Source of the DNA: Chrysemys picta bellii
Taxonomy: Eukaryota
Length of the DNA stretch: 64,000 nucleotides
Assembly (NCBI RefSeq): GCF_011386835.1
Contig: NC_088803.1
Span: 29,078,001-29,142,000, forward strand
Direction of reading: 5' to 3'
Under the pieces are notes generated by a model. That model did not search any database and was not told the DNA's origin. It was given only the letters and a program-made list of their open reading frames with translations. Below, one piece after another: positions 59,001 through 64,000 of the stretch. How positions within the stretch are numbered: position 1 is the first letter of the stretch; every line of letters starts with the position of its first letter. The translations under genes were made by a program, and so were the position numbers.

Positions 59001-60452
59001 TGAGTTTCTAACGTTTTCATTCATTCTTGAAATAAAAGTCCAGATGTTTTTGATGTTTCATTTTATTTGTGTAATTTAGATATAGATTTGAAATGTTTTG
59101 CAGACAGATATTGAATAACAGAACTGTATACGTTGCAGACCAGCACTGAACTTCTTGCATTTTACTATAATTCCAACTTACTTGTTCAGTAGTTTGGTAA
59201 TGCTAAGGTTAACTGTCCTCCATAATTCACTGAATATTACACAAACTAGCATTCTGTTTGTTTGTTTTCCCTTTGAATTCATCTAACTGAATATAAGCAG
59301 TCTTACACATTGTTGGAAATAGAAATGTCTGAATAGATAATCAAATATTGTGTCCCTAACTGTAGATTCAATATAAAAAAAGCTTCTTTAGTGTAAGTTA
59401 TTGTAAAAGGTGTCTCAGTGGAGTCAGCTAATACCCAAACCCAGTATTACTTTCTTTTCAAAAAAATTCTTTCTTTTTTATGAAAAAACAAAACCAAAAA
59501 TACACCAAGTATTAGGATGTCTGAAATGAACAGCTAGTGGATCTCAACTTATTCCTCACTTCCCTCTAATCCTTCATCAATCACCCCATCCAAATTCTAC
59601 TTGTCTCTTAAAATTTGCAAAAAATATACTCCATAGTGTGTAAATTTTAAAAAAAAGTATTTCTATAGCAATTAAAGCACTTCAAAGTTTAACTTGATTA
59701 AAATCTCTGCCTTTTCCTATCCTTGACTCCTGTGCTTCCCTGCACCCCCTCCCTTGACCCCAAGACCTTTCAACTCTTTTCTCTCCCATCTCTGCCCCCT
59801 CAATATCCTGTCCATGCTCTGTGTACCGTTACCTCAGAGCTTTCCCCTACCTTGAAGGGCCCTTCTCCCCTGCAAGGGAGACAAAACAATTTGGAGTTTG
59901 ACGGCCCAAGTCACTTCGGAAAGTTGAGTAAAAACAAGTTATAAAACTTGAGGTGTATTTTGAAAACATCGTAACTTTACAAAAAAAAATGTAAGCAGAC
60001 TTCCAGAAAAAACTACTCTTGATTGAGGCGTAATATTAAAAATTTCAGTAAGATTAATTACTTTTTGGGGAAAGTAGAGGAAGATTTGAAAATAATGCTT
60101 AAAATGGAAAGCTAGATTCAACTCTGATGATTAACAAGGAGCTGATCCATAATAATACAAATATAAGAGAAAAATGGGCCCTGTGGATGTGATCAGTAGC
60201 AAAAACTATAGAAGTGTAGTTCTTATTTATAAAGCACCTGCATTGCTGGAGCACTCAAGATGCTTTATTTTATAATAAAATAATATTAAGAACATAGTTT
60301 TAAAATGCCTTATAAACTTAACAAATAAAAACAGGGAGGAACCTCTTTAAAAAGAAGGAAATGGAAACCGAGAGTAGGAAACAATAATTACAAATGGTCA
60401 AACTTAAACACTTTTGGGAATTAATATTTTATAATAAAAAGACAATACTTAG

Positions 60453-60529
60453 TTCTAGTTGAGTGCAGGAGACTGGACTAGAAGACCTCTTGAGGTTTCT
60501 TCCAGTCCCACGTTCCTATGATTCTATGA
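60453..60529 (+). mobile_element. Short CR1 3' terminal fragment
   Basis: gactggactagaagacctcttgaggtttcttccagtcccac followed by the cctatgattctatga tail. Confidence 0.75.
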
Positions 60530-61144
60530 CATTGAGATATATTTAAAACTAGTGAGAAATTGATTGAGATAAATTTCAGAAAGAAGCAAGTCCCACACCT
60601 CGCCACAGAAAGCCCCAGTGGCCTAGCAGCTTAAGACTGAGCGAAGGGAACCTTAGCTAGTAATTGGGGTTTGAGCAAAGGTATCCATGAAACTGAGGCT
60701 TAGAAAGTAAGTATAATCACTAGAGCTTACATGTTTATGGGCTTTAAAGTCAAAAGTTCCATTGTAAAATCAGATTGGTATATCCTCATCAGCTAAAGTG
60801 GGGAGGGGGAAAATGCAGGGATACATTTTTTTGATACAGTATGATCACATTAACTCCAGACATCAAGTACTACATTCTGCACAAGCTGAAAATGGCAGAA
60901 AAGCCCTGCTGAAAGACCTACAAGAGGGAAATTACAATAAATGATCCTTTTAATCATGAGAGGGCATGTTTTGCTGATGCAGTCATCCAACTAAATTACT
61001 GTTCAGCCTGTACACATTGTGCAAGTAGAAAAGTGTACATGTAACATCAGACACATAGCTTTTTTTGAAAAGCCTGTAGTCAAAAATGATTCTTAACTTG
61101 AGTCATGAACTCCAAAAAAGTTTACTTAATGAGACTCTTGATAA

Positions 61145-61354
<210 letters not shown>

Positions 61355-63050
61355 TAAGAACAAATGAGGGTTTTTTTATCTATTCCTTTACCTCCATCTG
61401 TTTCTTTCCCTAATTCAAGCAAGAGTTGAATTTATCTAGTTACATAATTTAAAGCGCCACAGAAATACTTTCAATGAATAACTGATACTATTAGCAGCAA
61501 GTGACTGTTTTGGATGTCCTTTCTGAAGAGTGACTTTTAAAAGAAGCTGAAGAGCCACACTTGTACTGAAGATGTTCAAGCTTAATGTCCAATATGCTCT
61601 GATAGTCAAAAATCTGAATGTCAGATTATAAACCATTTCAGAGTCCACTGAGATACTAGCTACCACTTTTCTACTGTCAGATTTAAAACATTGGTTTACA
61701 TCTCATGTGTTTTTTAATGTTTCTTTCTTATTGTCTGTTTATCAAAAAATATGTTTAAAAGTTCTGTTCTCAGCTGGTTCTCTGTTAGCTGCACGTGCAG
61801 TGCAATCAAAATGCTTATTTTGTGATGTCACAGTCATAGGCCTGGGAAACACTGTGGTGTCATAAATATGAGATTGACTTCACTACAGGAACATTTTGAA
61901 GCTGTGTTGGGTGGGAGGGATCTTTTTTTTTTTTAAATAAAAGATCATTTATCTTGAATACTAGCAAAGGGAATGCAGGAATGTATGGGCCAAATAAACT
62001 TGTTAATATTGAAGTCAATTCCTCCATATTTGCTGCAGTATGAACACCTTACACTAATAATGGGTATTGGAGGCACAGAATAAACTGAATCTCATTTTTT
62101 TAATTTCTAAACGATTTATTCTATTAAGATTACTGTTGGTTGGCAGGTCTTGGTATAATTACATGAATGAGCTGTGACAAAGTGTCAAACTATATTGAAC
62201 ATTTCTAAATAAATAACACTAAGTCACACAAAGGGTAACACATTAGATAGGGAACACTTTTATATTTTGGAAGGTATTAATAATAGAAAACCCCCTGAAT
62301 AGAATCTGCAAAAAAAAAAAAAACCTTCTCTTCTAGCTTCCAGCAGCCCAGGTAAAGTGTGGATTCCTATTGCACTCCCAATTTTCTGTCTCTTTCTCTG
62401 TATCCTGCTTTGTCTCCTGAGTTGCTAGGATTGATACCAGAAATTAGCCTTCTTTCCTCTAGACTCCAATTCTCCTGACAGGTTAGGCTTGAATTCAGCA
62501 TAATATCTGCTTCTCCCTGGGTTCAGGTTCTCCGGGTCTCCTGCCTGCTTTTCACCCTTTTATTTATGGAGAGTGGAATTTCTGCCACAGAGCAAAGTTT
62601 CATGATTAACAGACACAAATATGGAACTTTCCAAATGGACATAGTCGTTTCTTGGTAAGCTAGCAGTCCTCATTATCTTCACCAGTTCAACTTGACCTAG
62701 TTTTTACCTTTTCATGGTTAATGACTGAGATTTCTGGGGAGAATATTGGACAAAAATACATTTTTTTTCTCTTCTCTCAAATACCTAGGGACTGCTGTGC
62801 ACTCATTAGTATAATCACTGGATAGATACTGCCTCCTCTTTGATCGTGTAAGCTAGTTCTTAGCGGAATGGTCAGAAATAGAAGGTTTTAACTTCACTTT
62901 AAAGCTGGTTTACACTGTATTGAGATTCAGTTACAAATTAAGTTTTGTCTTCAGAACTTTCCATAATATTCTTTAACATAGTTCACAGTCATCACAAAAT
63001 AGGCTAACAAAAGAAATGTGGATCTGGGCAGCATGGGACAGTTTAAATGA

Positions 63051-63320
<270 letters not shown>

Positions 63321-63738
63321 TAGTGGTGAAAATTTTTCCTAAACAGTTTCTTTGGTTAACACATTTCCCTCTGGGAAGCATTTTTTATTTAAAAACAAAA
63401 ATATGGAAAAGTTATATACACAGAAGAGAGCACTGTTATGGTTCACACTTAGTAGTCATATTTAATATTTCTTTTAACTGAGCTCTTCATTTGAGGTTCA
63501 AAAACAAGCAGTTATTCATCTTTTCATTAGGGAAGATTATCCCATTCTATCTGGTTTCTTCATAATCAGTGATTACCCTTTCCTATAGCAGGTCTGAATA
63601 AAGCTCTGTGTCCATGAGGTCACCAGCATTACTGCTTATTGATTGGTGAAACCAAGCAGCTACTTGAAAATAAAATAAAAAGTGAATATACAGTCATAGT
63701 AGGTGTTTCCAAGTGCAAGGACAGATGTCCTTTGTTGA

Positions 63739-63924
<186 letters not shown>

Positions 63925-64000
63925 TGATTTTTCCTTTGTTTTTAAAAGTAAGAATTACAGAAGGGATGGGATGATGCTACAGCATGATGAGCAAAAACCA

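Overview
This is eukaryotic genomic DNA, most likely from a turtle (Testudines), judged from the repeat families: turtle-type CR1 tails, a tRNA-head/CR1-tail SINE, DIRS, Penelope and GGCTNNGTCTACAC MITEs. The whole window lies inside the E3 ubiquitin ligase gene ITCH on the + strand. I assembled 20 coding exons (407-63915) with canonical GT-AG sites and consistent phases into a 2370-nt (790-codon) uninterrupted frame. It covers the C2 domain, proline-rich linker, WW1-WW4 and most of the HECT domain; the catalytic C-terminal exons lie beyond the window. The introns are dense with mobile elements: four DIRS-type tyrosine-recombinase retrotransposon relics, three Penelope-like remnants carrying hammerhead-ribozyme-like motifs, CR1 and L2 LINE fragments, hAT elements, Harbinger-type and pogo/Tigger-type MITEs, and a solo LTR, several of them nested. 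The most interesting observations are (1) a DIRS element ending about 15 nt before the WW1-exon acceptor and apparently supplying its branch point, (2) sense-strand Penelope hammerhead motifs in the ITCH pre-mRNA, one inside a 105-bp near-perfect inverted repeat, and (3) unusual substitutions at normally conserved HECT positions. I cannot support a wholly new biological system from sequence alone, and most long ORFs in the supplied track are artefacts or decayed transposon frames.
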